IMG/VR virus record: IMGVR_UViG_3300030419_004148
Span: 1 to 64,000 of that record
Direction: 5' to 3' (one strand)
Origin: a virus
DNA length: 64,000 nt
A model generated the notes under the pieces. The model ran no database searches. It was not told the DNA's origin and saw only the letters and a list, made by a program, of their open reading frames with translations. Both the position numbers and the translations under genes were made by a program. Within the stretch, counting starts at the first letter, position 1; every line of letters begins with the position of its first letter. This document shows, piece after piece, positions 38,234 to 49,700 of the stretch.

Positions 38234-40486
38234 TCACGTTGCAAATTGAGCACTGTTTAGTGCTTCATTTAAATTGTCTGTTCTAAAGTTAGCGGTGTCT
38301 ACATTTAAAGTTGTCGTTCCCATTCCAGTATTTGAAGCGAATGCTGCTCCGCTTTCACTTACAGAATTTAAATAAGCATCATAGCTACTACCACCTTGAC
38401 CTGCATCAGGAGTATATCCTGTTTCTGCTGCACCGACAGTTGTAGCTCCTAAAGCCATCATTCCAAGACCAGCTTTAGCAATTGGGAATCCTAATCCAAT
38501 ACCAAGGATTCCTCCTGCAATCATTACTGGATTCATAGTAGCAATACCAGCTATAAGTGCACCTATTGGAGCAAGTACACCAAGAAGTATTAAACCCGCT
38601 CCAATTAACATTTCAAAATAACCAATTGTTTTCATCATCTCTGTATTTCCACCAACTAAATTATAAGTCCAATCTACTAGAGCAGTAGTAAGCATAACAT
38701 ACATTGCACCTGTTAAACCTACCATTTTAGATAATACAAAGAATTCAAAAGCAACACCTCTAAGAGATTCAGGTAACAAAGTCATTGCACCTACTATTAA
38801 ATTTAAAGGAATGAATAAATAATCTAAAACTCTAGTCAAATTTGTACTCTCTGTACTTAAAGAAGCTATCCAATCTAATAACTTAGATAACAAATCGTTC
38901 AATTTTGTAACAAACCTAGTTGCAATATCTCTTAATTGAAATCCAAATTCAGACAAAATAACAGTTCCATCTTCTAATGTAATAACAAATTTCTCTCTAA
39001 CCATCTGTACTAAATCTAAAAGAGCTTTATGAAAACTATTAGCCCCCATTGTTCCGTCTTTTTGGACTTCTCCGTATAAAAAGGCAGCCATAATAGCATT
39101 TTTAGTAATTATAATTTGATTAGATAAAGATTCCATTTGTTTATCTGCCATTATTGTAGCATCGCCCTGTGCATTAGCAATCTCTTCTGTTATTCGAGCA
39201 TATTCTTCGTGATTTTGTATTAAATGAACAAAAGCAGTAGCACCACGAACGTTTAAATCTTCAATTAAAGTGGTTAATAATGCTGTATCATTTGAGGCTG
39301 CACCAAAATGCTCTGCAAAATTTGCTGCAATTTCAGTTAATTGTAACATATTACCTTCAGCATCAGTAATTGATATGCCCATCTCTTGGAATCTACGTGT
39401 ATTTTCACCCAAACTTTCTGCTAATTCAGCTATACCTTGTCTTAAACCACGACCTGCAATACCAGCTTCCAAAGCACGGTCCGTTAGAATAGCTAAACCT
39501 CCAAACAATTGTTCTACTTCTTGATTAGTAGCAGCAAAGAAAGGCATTGCGAATTTAACAGCTGCTGCTAAATCTTGCCATTCAATCAAAGACTTGTTAA
39601 TTGTAATAGCGAACATATCAGCTAATTTAGCAGATTCACTAAATTCCATATTGTAACCTTTGATAACTTGAATTAACAATTTACCAAGAGTTTCTGAATC
39701 ACCTTGTACAGCCATAGATAATTTCATAACATCCGCAAGGATTTGTTGAGATTCAGCTGCACTTAAACCAGCAGAAGCAAATTGATACAATGCTGAAGAC
39801 ATATTTTCATATGTTAAAGCGTAATTTAAACCAGTATTAACAACTTCATTAGATATACTATATAATTCATCATTACTTACTTGAAAAATAGAATTAGCAT
39901 TAACAAGTTCATTTTCATATTCAATTAAACTGCGTGCTACAGTTTGAACTTGAAATCCAAGTGTTGTTAAACCCATTACAGAGACTGAAACGGATTGATT
40001 AAACATCCGCAAAGCGCCCTCTGTTATCTGTCTTACTCTTGTTTCAAAACGGTCAAAATAATCATCTATAGTAGGTAAACCTTGAGCTTCCATAGCTCCT
40101 AAAACATCTTGGTATTGCTTTAACGATTTTGCGCCCTGTGTTCGACGACTTTGATATATATCAGCATCTAAATCTTTACTAATTTTTTTTAATTTACCAC
40201 CCAACATTTCATCCATAGCTTTTAATTCTTTTTGTAAAGCTTGGATGTCCTCATTAGCGCCCGTTTGATTAGCCTTTCTTGATAATAATTGAGCAGTTAA
40301 TAATCTTTTTCTTAATTCACCTTCTTGTTTTTTATTAGTTTTCTTTGTTTCTTTTAAACCTAATTCACTAATTTTTCTAGCCCCTAACCCAAAATCTCGA
40401 GCCATTTTATTATAAGATGATTTAGGTGGAAGTAAAAGTCTTAATCCTACATTACCCATAAAGAGGGTGCCTAGAAACCCTGCCAT
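38234..40486 (-). CDS. tail tape measure protein
   Basis: ALYQFASAGL, LADMFA, GIAGRGLR, GISITDAEGNM; hydrophobic C-terminal helices. Confidence 0.9.
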   Translation of the reverse strand: MAGFLGTLFMGNVGLRLLLPPKSSYNKMARDFGLGARKISELGLKETKKTNKKQEGELRKRLLTAQLLSRKANQTGANEDIQALQKELKAMDEMLGGKLKKISKDLDADIYQSRRTQGAKSLKQYQDVLGAMEAQGLPTIDDYFDRFETRVRQITEGALRMFNQSVSVSVMGLTTLGFQVQTVARSLIEYENELVNANSIFQVSNDELYSISNEVVNTGLNYALTYENMSSALYQFASAGLSAAESQQILADVMKLSMAVQGDSETLGKLLIQVIKGYNMEFSESAKLADMFAITINKSLIEWQDLAAAVKFAMPFFAATNQEVEQLFGGLAILTDRALEAGIAGRGLRQGIAELAESLGENTRRFQEMGISITDAEGNMLQLTEIAANFAEHFGAASNDTALLTTLIEDLNVRGATAFVHLIQNHEEYARITEEIANAQGDATIMADKQMESLSNQIIITKNAIMAAFLYGEVQKDGTMGANSFHKALLDLVQMVREKFVITLEDGTVILSEFGFQLRDIATRFVTKLNDLLSKLLDWIASLSTESTNLTRVLDYLFIPLNLIVGAMTLLPESLRGVAFEFFVLSKMVGLTGAMYVMLTTALVDWTYNLVGGNTEMMKTIGYFEMLIGAGLILLGVLAPIGALIAGIATMNPVMIAGGILGIGLGFPIAKAGLGMMALGATTVGAAETGYTPDAGQGGSSYDAYLNSVSESGAAFASNTGMGTTTLNVDTANFRTDNLNEALNSAQFAT

Positions 40487-40488
40487 CG

Positions 40489-40779
40489 TTATAATAAATC
40501 TCTAAATGATTTTTTCTTCTCCTTAGCTGTTTTATAATATTTTCGTTTCTTTTCTAGATATCGGGCATACTGACCCCTAATTTCGGGCCTATTTTTTGCC
40601 ATACTACTAATATCTTTTTCATTATAACCATCTAGAGAGTGAAGTTGTTGATATTCAGTATAAGCTATTAGAATACCTTCTAACTCTCTTCGTGGCGTTC
40701 GCTTTATTTCTTCCCAAGATAAACCTAGGTCTTTCATTAATGGGATGTAAAGAAGTACCGGTTCAGGTGCCTCTCTCAT
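40489..40779 (-). CDS. tail assembly chaperone, frameshift extension (gpT-like)
   Basis: Lies between the chaperone and tape measure genes, in the -1 frame after a slippery site. Confidence 0.7.
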   Translation of the reverse strand: MREAPEPVLLYIPLMKDLGLSWEEIKRTPRRELEGILIAYTEYQQLHSLDGYNEKDISSMAKNRPEIRGQYARYLEKKRKYYKTAKEKKKSFRDLL

Positions 40780-41153
40780 CCAGTAATAAAATTTTCAGTC
40801 GCTTCCTGTTGATAAGCTAATATCTCAGATGTTACTAGATATCGTAGAGTTAATGGAATATCAGACCAATTGTCTGAAGTTATGGTTACACCTTCGGGAT
40901 TTTTAGTGTTAGCTTTTCCTATCATAGCTAAAATCCTTTCAGTTCCAGTTTCAGTAGCCCAATCCTGCTGTTCTTGGTCTGTTGCAGTCTTAGGTAATGC
41001 CTTAAGATTAGGTTCTTCCTTTTCTGTTAATTCACAGTACTGAAAGTTAAAATCCTTTCCTCTGTAATTAACTGAACCTGTTTGCACTTCGTCAGTTAAT
41101 TCTACTAGCTCTTCGATTGTCCATACATTTGCTTCTTCGCTCATTATGTTCAC
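40776..41153 (-). CDS. tail assembly chaperone (gpG-like)
   Basis: Position; ends ENFITG with an A-AAT-TTT slippery heptamer. Confidence 0.75.
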   Translation of the reverse strand: MNIMSEEANVWTIEELVELTDEVQTGSVNYRGKDFNFQYCELTEKEEPNLKALPKTATDQEQQDWATETGTERILAMIGKANTKNPEGVTITSDNWSDIPLTLRYLVTSEILAYQQEATENFITG

Positions 41154-41162
41154 CTCTATTCA

Positions 41163-41822
41163 TTAAATCTCTGTAGCAGCCGTTGCTCCAGTACAAGACA
41201 CAGCTGTGCCTGATAGTGAAATTATTGGCTGTACATAAGAATAAAATTCAATTGTTTCCTCTTGAGCATTATTAGGGTCAAGAGTTTTCGTATATGCAGT
41301 AATACAACAATTACGTATTGTTATAACTTCAGTGTCTCCTTTTATTTTCAAATGGAGTCTATAACCAAAGTTTACATTTTTTGATGTGGTAAGTCCGTCG
41401 TGTATCTTTACATCTCCTCCGGTATCTGCACCACTTGTAGCATAAACACCATTACGTGCAGGTGTATTATATAATTGGTCAAAACAGTTGTCAGATATTT
41501 TTCTGGTTATTGTGACAACATATTCTTTTTTGACTTCTGCTGTTAAACCAGTTTTCTTACCCATAAAAGATAATTCTTCAGTGCGGGTACCGGGTGTGAA
41601 ATCTATACCAGTAACATCAGCAATTCGGGCTCCCGGGTTCATTGCATAGGTTCTTACAGGGATTACTGAATAATCATCACCATCTCCACCACCAACACCA
41701 ACTGCTGTACCTGAAAGGGTACCACTAACTGCGGTTGCATTTGCAGCTCCACCACTAACTGATATAGTTGGATGTTCAGTCGTCATATAAATGTCACAAT
41801 CGCTACCTAAGAAATAAGTCAT
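41163..41822 (-). CDS. tail tube protein, paralogue 2
   Basis: Position; shares YFLGS, FGYRL.LK, EVITI.NC and QE.TIEF.S.V.PI with the upstream gene. Confidence 0.7.
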   Translation of the reverse strand: MTYFLGSDCDIYMTTEHPTISVSGGAANATAVSGTLSGTAVGVGGGDGDDYSVIPVRTYAMNPGARIADVTGIDFTPGTRTEELSFMGKKTGLTAEVKKEYVVTITRKISDNCFDQLYNTPARNGVYATSGADTGGDVKIHDGLTTSKNVNFGYRLHLKIKGDTEVITIRNCCITAYTKTLDPNNAQEETIEFYSYVQPIISLSGTAVSCTGATAATEI

Positions 41823-41826
41823 ATTA

Positions 41827-42450
41827 TTACACCCCCGTCGATGCAGTTACATCTGCTGAGGCTCCCATTATTGGGTCAACTGAACTAGTAAATTCAATTG
41901 TCTGTTCTTGTGTGCCGTCTGCATTTAAAGTAACTGTACTGTTTGTCATTTGACAATTTGGTATGGTTATAACTTCAGATGGGTCTGAACCAGCGTGCAA
42001 TTTCAAATATAATCTATAACCAAATGTCGTAGAAGGTTCTTCTAATCCGCTATATAATGCCGTAGTGGATTTCATTCCCCATCGTCCCATATTTCCATCT
42101 GAATCTCCACTGTATAAAACATCAAAAGTTACATTCTTTCTTTTGAATGTTAATGAACAAGTTGTTAATTTATGTACTTCTGCTTTTAATGGAGTTCTAT
42201 GACCTAGATAATCGACATCTTCGTCCATAGCTCCCAGATTTAAATCTATACCTGATATGTCAACTAAGGCATCATCAGGAAATGCTGCGTTAGTCGCTCT
42301 TAAGTCGTTAATACCCAAACCGCCAGTAGGGGTAGCTGCACTTTCAACTTCCAAGTCATAAAGACCTGATGTATCTGAAATCTTAATGCAAGCGCCCGAT
42401 ACTTCAGTCGTGATAGCGACTTCTACTTCAGAACCAAGGAAATATGCCAT
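41827..42450 (-). CDS. tail tube protein, paralogue 1
   Basis: Has its own promoter; paralogue of the downstream gene. Confidence 0.7.
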   Translation of the reverse strand: MAYFLGSEVEVAITTEVSGACIKISDTSGLYDLEVESAATPTGGLGINDLRATNAAFPDDALVDISGIDLNLGAMDEDVDYLGHRTPLKAEVHKLTTCSLTFKRKNVTFDVLYSGDSDGNMGRWGMKSTTALYSGLEEPSTTFGYRLYLKLHAGSDPSEVITIPNCQMTNSTVTLNADGTQEQTIEFTSSVDPIMGASADVTASTGV

Positions 42451-42482
42451 TTTTAAGAACCTCTACATTTATTTACAACTCA

Positions 42483-42498
42483 ATTATATTTAAAGGTT
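42483..42498 (-). promoter_or_regulatory. putative late promoter for the tail tube genes
   Basis: AACCTTTAAATATAAT. Confidence 0.65.
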
Positions 42499-42505
42499 TT
42501 GTTAA

Positions 42506-44254
42506 CTATAGGCTCATTAGAGCTGTTCTGTAGTCTGTGAACCGTCCTTGCGCTGTCATTAGGGAAGCTTGTCTTTGTAATTGACCGCGTTTAGAAGTAA
42601 ATACAAATGGCCTTAATTGTACTGGTGAAGTCCAAGTCCAAGGATTTGTACCGGACTTAACTTTTCTTTGCATCCACGGTTTCCAATTTGTATCATTATC
42701 GGCTAACTCTTGTAAATCCTTAGTAAGAGCTTTTGATTTATTTATCCATTCAGTAGCCCATTGTCTAAAAGCATTATTCTCACTATATTGTGATTGAGGG
42801 TCAAAGAAATTTTGCCAAGTACCTTGATTATAATAAGCACCAAAAGCTTCATTCACTAACGTTGATAAATTACGAGCAAAATCACCTTCTGACATAATAT
42901 TAACAGAATAAGTAGGCGCATAAACATTTTCTGTAACTCTACTTCCCGGATTTCTCATCCATAATAAACGCTCAGCTTCAGTTTCAGTAAAAGACATCAT
43001 ATCATTACCGTATTGAATCGCACTGTCAGTATCTAATTTATTCAATAATCTTTTTGTTACAGCTGTAGTAGCTGCCCCTAACATATGATTAGCAGCAGCA
43101 GTTCCCATATCAGATTCAACATTGGGTATCATTCCTCCAGTAAGATGTATTTCATCATTTTTTTGTGCTACTTTTATTAAAACAAGGTCACCAGCAGCAG
43201 TTGGTATAGTGTAAGTGTACATTTTTTCACTCTTAGCTTCCTTTTTAAATCTTCTTTGTGCTTCTCCACGTAATTCTACTTCTTGTTTATTTTTATTATT
43301 AATATCTTCTTCCATTGTGCTTACTACAGTCATTAAATCAGCAAATCGTGCTTTATTACTCTTTGTTTTATGTTTATTCATATCTATCTTTCTAGTAGCT
43401 TCTTTCCATCTATGTTCTAAGGTTTTTTGAGTAACTTCCGTACCAGCTCCCATATTATTAATAAATGATTCTTTATCAGCAGCACGTGTCATTATATCTT
43501 CTTTTCTAAATTTTATATAAGCTTCTATCATTTCAGACTCAGCAGTCCCTGTTTTAACATCCAATTGTTGAGCTCTCATAGGTGGAAATTTTATTCTACT
43601 TATAATTTTCATTATTTCCTTTTCTTCTGGGTTAGAACTTATAAGCCCTTTTGATTGTGCATTATTTAAATGAGGCGCTAAATATATCAATTGTTCTTCT
43701 TTAGACCTTGCAGCAGCACCGTCAGAACTTCTTATTATTGTTTTATGCGTACTTTTACCTATTTTATTATTACCACTTTGTTTCATCCTACGGAGTAAAT
43801 CATTCACAGCCATACGTGAAAATCGTGGTAAATTCATATCTCTTACATATTTTTGATAAAACCTAGCGAATCTTTTTATTGCTTCATCAGCATCTTCTGT
43901 TTCTGCCTCCATCCTTCTTTCGAATTCCGATGTTCTATAACTCCAAAAATAATGTGCAGCTCTCCAATCTGGGTTATTTCTATGTGATTTAGGCCAATTT
44001 TTTGATGTAGTAGACTCAGGTAATTCACCTCTGTCACTTCTACGTTTAGTAATCCAACTGAATATACGTTTTTTCATATACTCTGGGTCTGTATTATTAT
44101 TTGGAACAAATTGAGGTTGCCATCTAAAACTATACTTTTCTTTAGCACTTCCACCGACACGCCTATAAAGATATTTAATACTGTTATTAGCTTTTCTATT
44201 ATATAATGAAGCTAATCCTATTTGAATTAGTCTCTTACCTTTCGGAGTTGCCAT
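42506..44254 (-). CDS. large basic hypothetical protein in the neck/tail-completion position
   Basis: 582-aa ORF, no recognised motif. Confidence 0.7.
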   Translation of the reverse strand: MATPKGKRLIQIGLASLYNRKANNSIKYLYRRVGGSAKEKYSFRWQPQFVPNNNTDPEYMKKRIFSWITKRRSDRGELPESTTSKNWPKSHRNNPDWRAAHYFWSYRTSEFERRMEAETEDADEAIKRFARFYQKYVRDMNLPRFSRMAVNDLLRRMKQSGNNKIGKSTHKTIIRSSDGAAARSKEEQLIYLAPHLNNAQSKGLISSNPEEKEIMKIISRIKFPPMRAQQLDVKTGTAESEMIEAYIKFRKEDIMTRAADKESFINNMGAGTEVTQKTLEHRWKEATRKIDMNKHKTKSNKARFADLMTVVSTMEEDINNKNKQEVELRGEAQRRFKKEAKSEKMYTYTIPTAAGDLVLIKVAQKNDEIHLTGGMIPNVESDMGTAAANHMLGAATTAVTKRLLNKLDTDSAIQYGNDMMSFTETEAERLLWMRNPGSRVTENVYAPTYSVNIMSEGDFARNLSTLVNEAFGAYYNQGTWQNFFDPQSQYSENNAFRQWATEWINKSKALTKDLQELADNDTNWKPWMQRKVKSGTNPWTWTSPVQLRPFVFTSKRGQLQRQASLMTAQGRFTDYRTALMSL

Positions 44255-44734
44255 CTATCTATAATTCTTGAATACTACAGAATAAACGCAACTTGCACCA
44301 TACAACTCCAGTTCTGGGTCATATCCTATATCAACCCAATTACCCAGTGTTCTTTCTACTATCTCGGTAGTTGCAGCAGCAAAACTCATATCAGTTATAC
44401 TATTAGCAACGTTTAATAATAAGTAATTCAACAACCTCCTCTGTTTATATGTTTCTGCGGGGTCTCCTATAGACATAGAAGATTCTTTGTCTACAATAAT
44501 ATGAAATGTAAATACTAACCCGACCAATTCACCAGTTTTTGTTTGACCACCAAAATCAACCTTTTGTCCCATAAATCTATCAAATTCACCAGAACTGGTT
44601 AACTCAACTATGATAGCGGGGTAGGTGGCATCTACAGCCTCAGGGTATTGTCCATAAACTTTAACTCCTGAATGGTTTGTGCGTAACGTATCTATTATTT
44701 TTCTTTCAATAATATTAATGTGGTCGTCTGCCAT
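44255..44734 (-). CDS. tail terminator/completion protein (putative)
   Basis: Size, position, VY...P....YPAIIV pattern. Confidence 0.6.
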   Translation of the reverse strand: MADDHINIIERKIIDTLRTNHSGVKVYGQYPEAVDATYPAIIVELTSSGEFDRFMGQKVDFGGQTKTGELVGLVFTFHIIVDKESSMSIGDPAETYKQRRLLNYLLLNVANSITDMSFAAATTEIVERTLGNWVDIGYDPELELYGASCVYSVVFKNYR

Positions 44735-45075
44735 TACTTCTTCTTCCTTCTAGTTTTTCTTTTAGTACCTTTACGTTTTCTTGCAGCAGCAGCCTTTCTT
44801 CCTTTCTCAGGGTGTAACTTGTTATGCTGTGCGGGTGTTACTTTCTTTAAATTAGAACGTTTAGCATTCTTTGCAGTATGCTTACCTTTATTCTTATGAT
44901 GAACTACTTCGTTTTTACCTGCATTAGCCTTTCTTCTATAATAGTGTGCAGATTTACCACCTTTCCAAGCACCATTCTGTTTACCAGTACGTGCCATAGG
45001 TGATTTCTTATTCCATCGCTTTTTGCGATTAGCTGATGTATCTTTCCATTTTTTCTTCTTAGTACGACGTGCCAT
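44734..45075 (-). CDS. highly basic HNH-motif protein
   Basis: NGAWKGG...EVVHHKN...N...NL...QHNKLH, Lys/Arg-rich ends. Confidence 0.65.
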   Translation of the reverse strand: MARRTKKKKWKDTSANRKKRWNKKSPMARTGKQNGAWKGGKSAHYYRRKANAGKNEVVHHKNKGKHTAKNAKRSNLKKVTPAQHNKLHPEKGRKAAAARKRKGTKRKTRRKKK

Positions 45076-46033
45076 AAGCTCTCCTCCTACTGTCTCTCTT
45101 ACCAGATGTTCTCACACAACTGAGTGACATATATTCATCATTATAATCATTAATAGAATGTATACTCCATTCTGATGCTTTGTAAAACTTAACATTTCTC
45201 AAGTAATAAGTTTTTCCAACAGTTGCACTTGAAAATATAATTTCAAAATTAGATAATTTTAATGTATCAGTAAAACTTGCACCTGATACAATATTGTTAA
45301 TACCATATCTAGTGCCATTAATATAAATGTTACCACTAGTAGGAACCGGAAATCGCGGGACATCAATAGTTGCAAAATCAGGATGTGCAGGAACTTCAAA
45401 ATCAACGTTATCATAAATAAGACTATAATTACTATCTCTCATATAATTATTACCTGAACTAGCATAATATCCAAATCTCCTTATAGTAACTGCGTCGCTA
45501 CCAGAAGCAGCAATTTGAAATGTAAGTCTATCTGATTCTAACACATTTAAAGCAGTACTACTAGAATAATTTAAATCACCGTCTGAAATTACTGTTATAG
45601 TTTCTCCATCAGAAGTAGGTGCTGGACCTATACCAAAATCATTTAACCATCCAGTCGCCCCACTAGTAGGTACTTGTAAGACCGTGCTTTCGTAATCTAT
45701 TATCTTATCAAACCCTTCAGGTTCATAAAAAACTGAGTTACCACTAAAGTTAGGAAAGTTCTTTAATGTTTTTAAGTTAGGTAAATAAATATCTGCCTTT
45801 CCTGTAGTATTATGCCCTGCTCGTTGTTGAACAAAATTTTTATCTGTTTTATTTCTAATGTATGCAGGGACTTGTGGAATTGTAATATCGTGTGCGTCAA
45901 CACTACCGTCTTCTACTCCATAGTTATCTTTACCGAATATTGTCGGTCTATAATATGTAACTTTGCGAGCCTGCCCAGTCTGAAAACTTAGGCGTTTCAA
46001 AAGCCCTGACATATTGATTCCTATTTTGCCCAT
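45059..46033 (-). CDS. head closure (stopper) protein with inserted domain (putative)
   Basis: Position after the adaptor; VTYYR...DNYG pattern. Confidence 0.5.
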   Translation of the reverse strand: MGKIGINMSGLLKRLSFQTGQARKVTYYRPTIFGKDNYGVEDGSVDAHDITIPQVPAYIRNKTDKNFVQQRAGHNTTGKADIYLPNLKTLKNFPNFSGNSVFYEPEGFDKIIDYESTVLQVPTSGATGWLNDFGIGPAPTSDGETITVISDGDLNYSSSTALNVLESDRLTFQIAASGSDAVTIRRFGYYASSGNNYMRDSNYSLIYDNVDFEVPAHPDFATIDVPRFPVPTSGNIYINGTRYGINNIVSGASFTDTLKLSNFEIIFSSATVGKTYYLRNVKFYKASEWSIHSINDYNDEYMSLSCVRTSGKRDSRRRAYGTSY

Positions 46034-46035
46034 AC

Positions 46036-46500
46036 TTAATCTCCATAATTAATACCACGCGGTTTCTTACGAATATTCTTTGTGCTATCCTCACCAGTAA
46101 CATTTTTATTCCAGTTAACATTACCTAGGTGTGGGTCAGCATTATAAGTAGTCCTCTTAATACTTACGCCCAACTGGAATCTTATCATTTCTAATGCAAG
46201 GTCTATAAAGTATCTAAATTCCTCAGAGTTATAATAAACTTCAACATCAGCTAATTTTATTCTATCAATACCTAATCCGTTCTCTACTACAGAACCTAAA
46301 AAACAAGTATAATAAACGACAGCTTGGTCATAAGAATTGTTACCACCTAAAGTATATGTTAATCCAGTTTCTGCTTGAAACCAATCAACTGCCATATTAC
46401 CAAGAATATCTAAATTAGCATTATCTAATTCTTCTGAAGATATACCTGATAGTAATCGTACTTTGTTGCGAAAGGTTGCTGTCCAAGTTATATCTGCCAT
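46036..46500 (-). CDS. head-tail adaptor protein (putative)
   Basis: VRLLSGISSEELD..L helical pattern; position. Confidence 0.55.
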   Translation of the reverse strand: MADITWTATFRNKVRLLSGISSEELDNANLDILGNMAVDWFQAETGLTYTLGGNNSYDQAVVYYTCFLGSVVENGLGIDRIKLADVEVYYNSEEFRYFIDLALEMIRFQLGVSIKRTTYNADPHLGNVNWNKNVTGEDSTKNIRKKPRGINYGD

Positions 46501-46715
46501 TATACTACTCCCATTAACATTGCGCCACTACCTGTAGCTGCTGTGACTACTACACCTATCCACCAACGCATATGAGTCTTAATATCATTTTCCCACATCT
46601 CGTGGTGATGTAAGTGATTAGTGAAAAGAGTTTCAAAACTTTCCATTCTATTGAATATAGTCTTTACTCGTTCGTCCATTCGAACCAATAACTCTTCTCG
46701 TTCCCAGTCATCCAT
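46500..46715 (-). CDS. small coiled-coil plus C-terminal TM protein
   Basis: LLVRMDERVKTI..NHLHH..WWIGVVV; own promoter at 46733-46748. Confidence 0.6.
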   Translation of the reverse strand: MDDWEREELLVRMDERVKTIFNRMESFETLFTNHLHHHEMWENDIKTHMRWWIGVVVTAATGSGAMLMGVV

Positions 46716-46752
46716 ATTTAAATATCACCATCATTTATATTAAAGGTTTTGT

Positions 46753-49700
46753 CTAATCTATTAGTTCCTCCCTATCGAAAGGCGAATCTATATCATCTAT
46801 TATATCTATCGGTTCATACTCGTGTGGTGTTGAACCGTCATCGTGTATTGTACCACCATAAGTTGAATCTCTAACCCAAACACCTTGACTATTATCAAAG
46901 TCTTGAGTATAGAAATCAGAATTGTTAACTATACGAACATAACCAGCATTAACTAATGTATGGCACTGTTCGTTATTTGCAGTAGAATCAAAATTAAAGT
47001 AAGACCGTTTAGAGCCAGTTGCTAAAACTTTAACTTCACTTGTTGCTCCTATTGGTGCACCACTTAATTTTGTGTAGTTTAAGTAGTCATTAGCACCACT
47101 TGTAGCAATATAGTACTCATCGGTACCTTTATGAGCTTTCGAAGCAAACTTTGACCCTGAAATAAGTTCTCTATTTGATAATTCAAAAGTAGAATTACTA
47201 AATATTGTTGGGTCTGCCCCAGTTCCTATGTATAATTTACCTGTATGTGCAGCACCACTCAAAGTATTGGCATTCCAATTACCTGCGGTTGCCCACGCAC
47301 TTGCATCATTCAAGGTACCAGTATTTCCAGAACCACTCATATCAGATATACTTGTTCCTTCTCCTTCATTAAATTGATACCATCCACAACATTTTGTATC
47401 ATCTATACCACTTGCATCAACAGCATCCCAGTCGTAAAACATCATTTCTCTAATCTCAGCTGCTGTAAGCGCTGTTTTCCAAAAAGAACCTCTAGCTATA
47501 TTACCTTCCCAAGGCCAAGATGCTGAACCTGTATTTAAACTTCCTATAGCAGCCTTAGTTAAATTATAAGCAGTTCCAGATAAAGCCCATTCTTTAAGTA
47601 ATTTTCCATCTGCATAAGCTTTACCAGTAGTACCATCCCACGTAAAACACATATGTTGCCATTTGTCTACTACCCAATTATAATCAACATCAGTATAACC
47701 TGAGTTTACTGATTCGTGTTTAATCCTAAATTTATTAGGGCTATTAGAAGATAATATACCTCCCTTTGAACCATCAGTACCAAGCATTGTATTTTCGTGA
47801 GGTGCCTCAGAAGGTTTTACCCAAGCTTCAAGAGTAACAGCGGTAGCCGTAGTCATCCCATCTCCTAAAGCAACATAATCAGTACCATCTAAATCTAATG
47901 CAGACGAACTTGTAAAGAATCCACCACGCGTATTAAAAGTACCAGTGTTTTGTATTCTAAATGTATTAGTACTACTTGAAAGTAAACCACCATTTGTAAT
48001 TTTGATAGATTTTAACATCTGTGTTTCAGATGTAGAACCTATTGGCCTATTACTTGCATTAAATGTTTTACCAACTATTAAATTACTGTTACGGAAAACT
48101 GCATCTTGATTGATACGAGCATCTGCATTCCAGAATACATTTTCCCAACCATTATTCAAATAACCACCATTTGGACTATAATACCCTGTTGAATTCCACC
48201 ATAGTGTTGCAGAATTACGACCATAGTTTGTAGCTGCGTTATCTTGTAAATAATTACCTGCACCTTCAAATATAACAGTAGCACCACTAACTATTTCCTT
48301 AGTACCATTACCCGGTGCAAAATTACCACCGTATTTAACCCACGTTCCACTTGTAACTGTTAAGGTTTGTGTTGTACTATCATTAGTTGTTAAACCACCA
48401 GAAAAGTCTACATTACTTAAAACGAGAGTAGCGTCATCATCAGATGTCTGTGCATCAGTAAAGTCAACATTGTTTAAAGTATTTGTTCTAGTATGGAAAT
48501 CATATTTAGTACCAGATACTACAGCAGGGTAAGCTTCAGAAGCTCCTGATACAGTAGCGTTCAGAGCAGCCTTAACCCCCGTTCCTACATTTGTAACCAA
48601 ATATCCTGTACCAGATGTAGTTCCAATTACCCAATTATCTGATGCATCGTAGAAATTTGTAGCCCCTCCACCATCACCAGTAGTAGCCCAAGTGTCTTCT
48701 ACATTAAAACCAATATGCATATATGAAAATCCAGTATTTAACTTGTGAAAAGTAGTTCTAGCTGAACCTGTAATCTTAGTGTCACCACCTGAACCATATT
48801 CTAGAGTAACAGTTCCATCATTATGTGTAAATGTATCACTGTTAGAAAAAATAGCAGGAATTCCAGCACTTCCAACTAGAGTAGTTGGTCCGGCATCATA
48901 CCATCCTTTTGTTCCAATTGTAAGTGCTCCAAAAGTACCATTTTGAATAGACCTACCTAATTTAGCACCGCTAATTACAGTAGCAGTTCCAGACGCTGTA
49001 ATATCTCCATCACCACCGTTATAGAACCCAACATCCCAAGATGCAGCAGTGCTTCCTCCACCACTTACAATTAAATTATTAGCAATTGTAACTCCATATA
49101 AGTGTTGAACAGCACGTGCTGAAGTAGTATCGTTTTTAACCGTAAGATTGTATAACCATTTACCATTACTTCCAGTATTTATATAACTACCACCATTTGT
49201 TGAAGCGTCTAAAACTATAGTACCATCATTATGCACAAAAGTACCATTATCTGCTATCTTAAATTTATAACCATCACTTGTTTGATTATTAATCGTTAAA
49301 GAACCAGTAGGAGCCTTAAAGTAATTACCACCATTAGCCATAGACAAAGCACCAATAGTTTTAGTACCACCTTGTGTAGTATAATCACCCCAATAAGCGT
49401 CTTTATCTAAAAAGACAGTGCCACTTACTGTAATATGATATGTTGAACTATCTATAGAAGCTCCAGACATTAAGCTATAATTGTTAGCTACTTTCATTGT
49501 AGTACTACCTACAACTTGAACACCTAAGTGTCTATCACCAGCGCCTTGGTCACGGAATCCACCACTTACATTATAAAACCAACCTTCATCTCCCCTAGAA
49601 GTTTGAGCATCTGAATCAGCAGGTCTATCTATGTTTTTCCAATTCATATAAGAATCATATTCTGAAGTTTCTCCGGGACCATACACAGTTCCACCACCAA

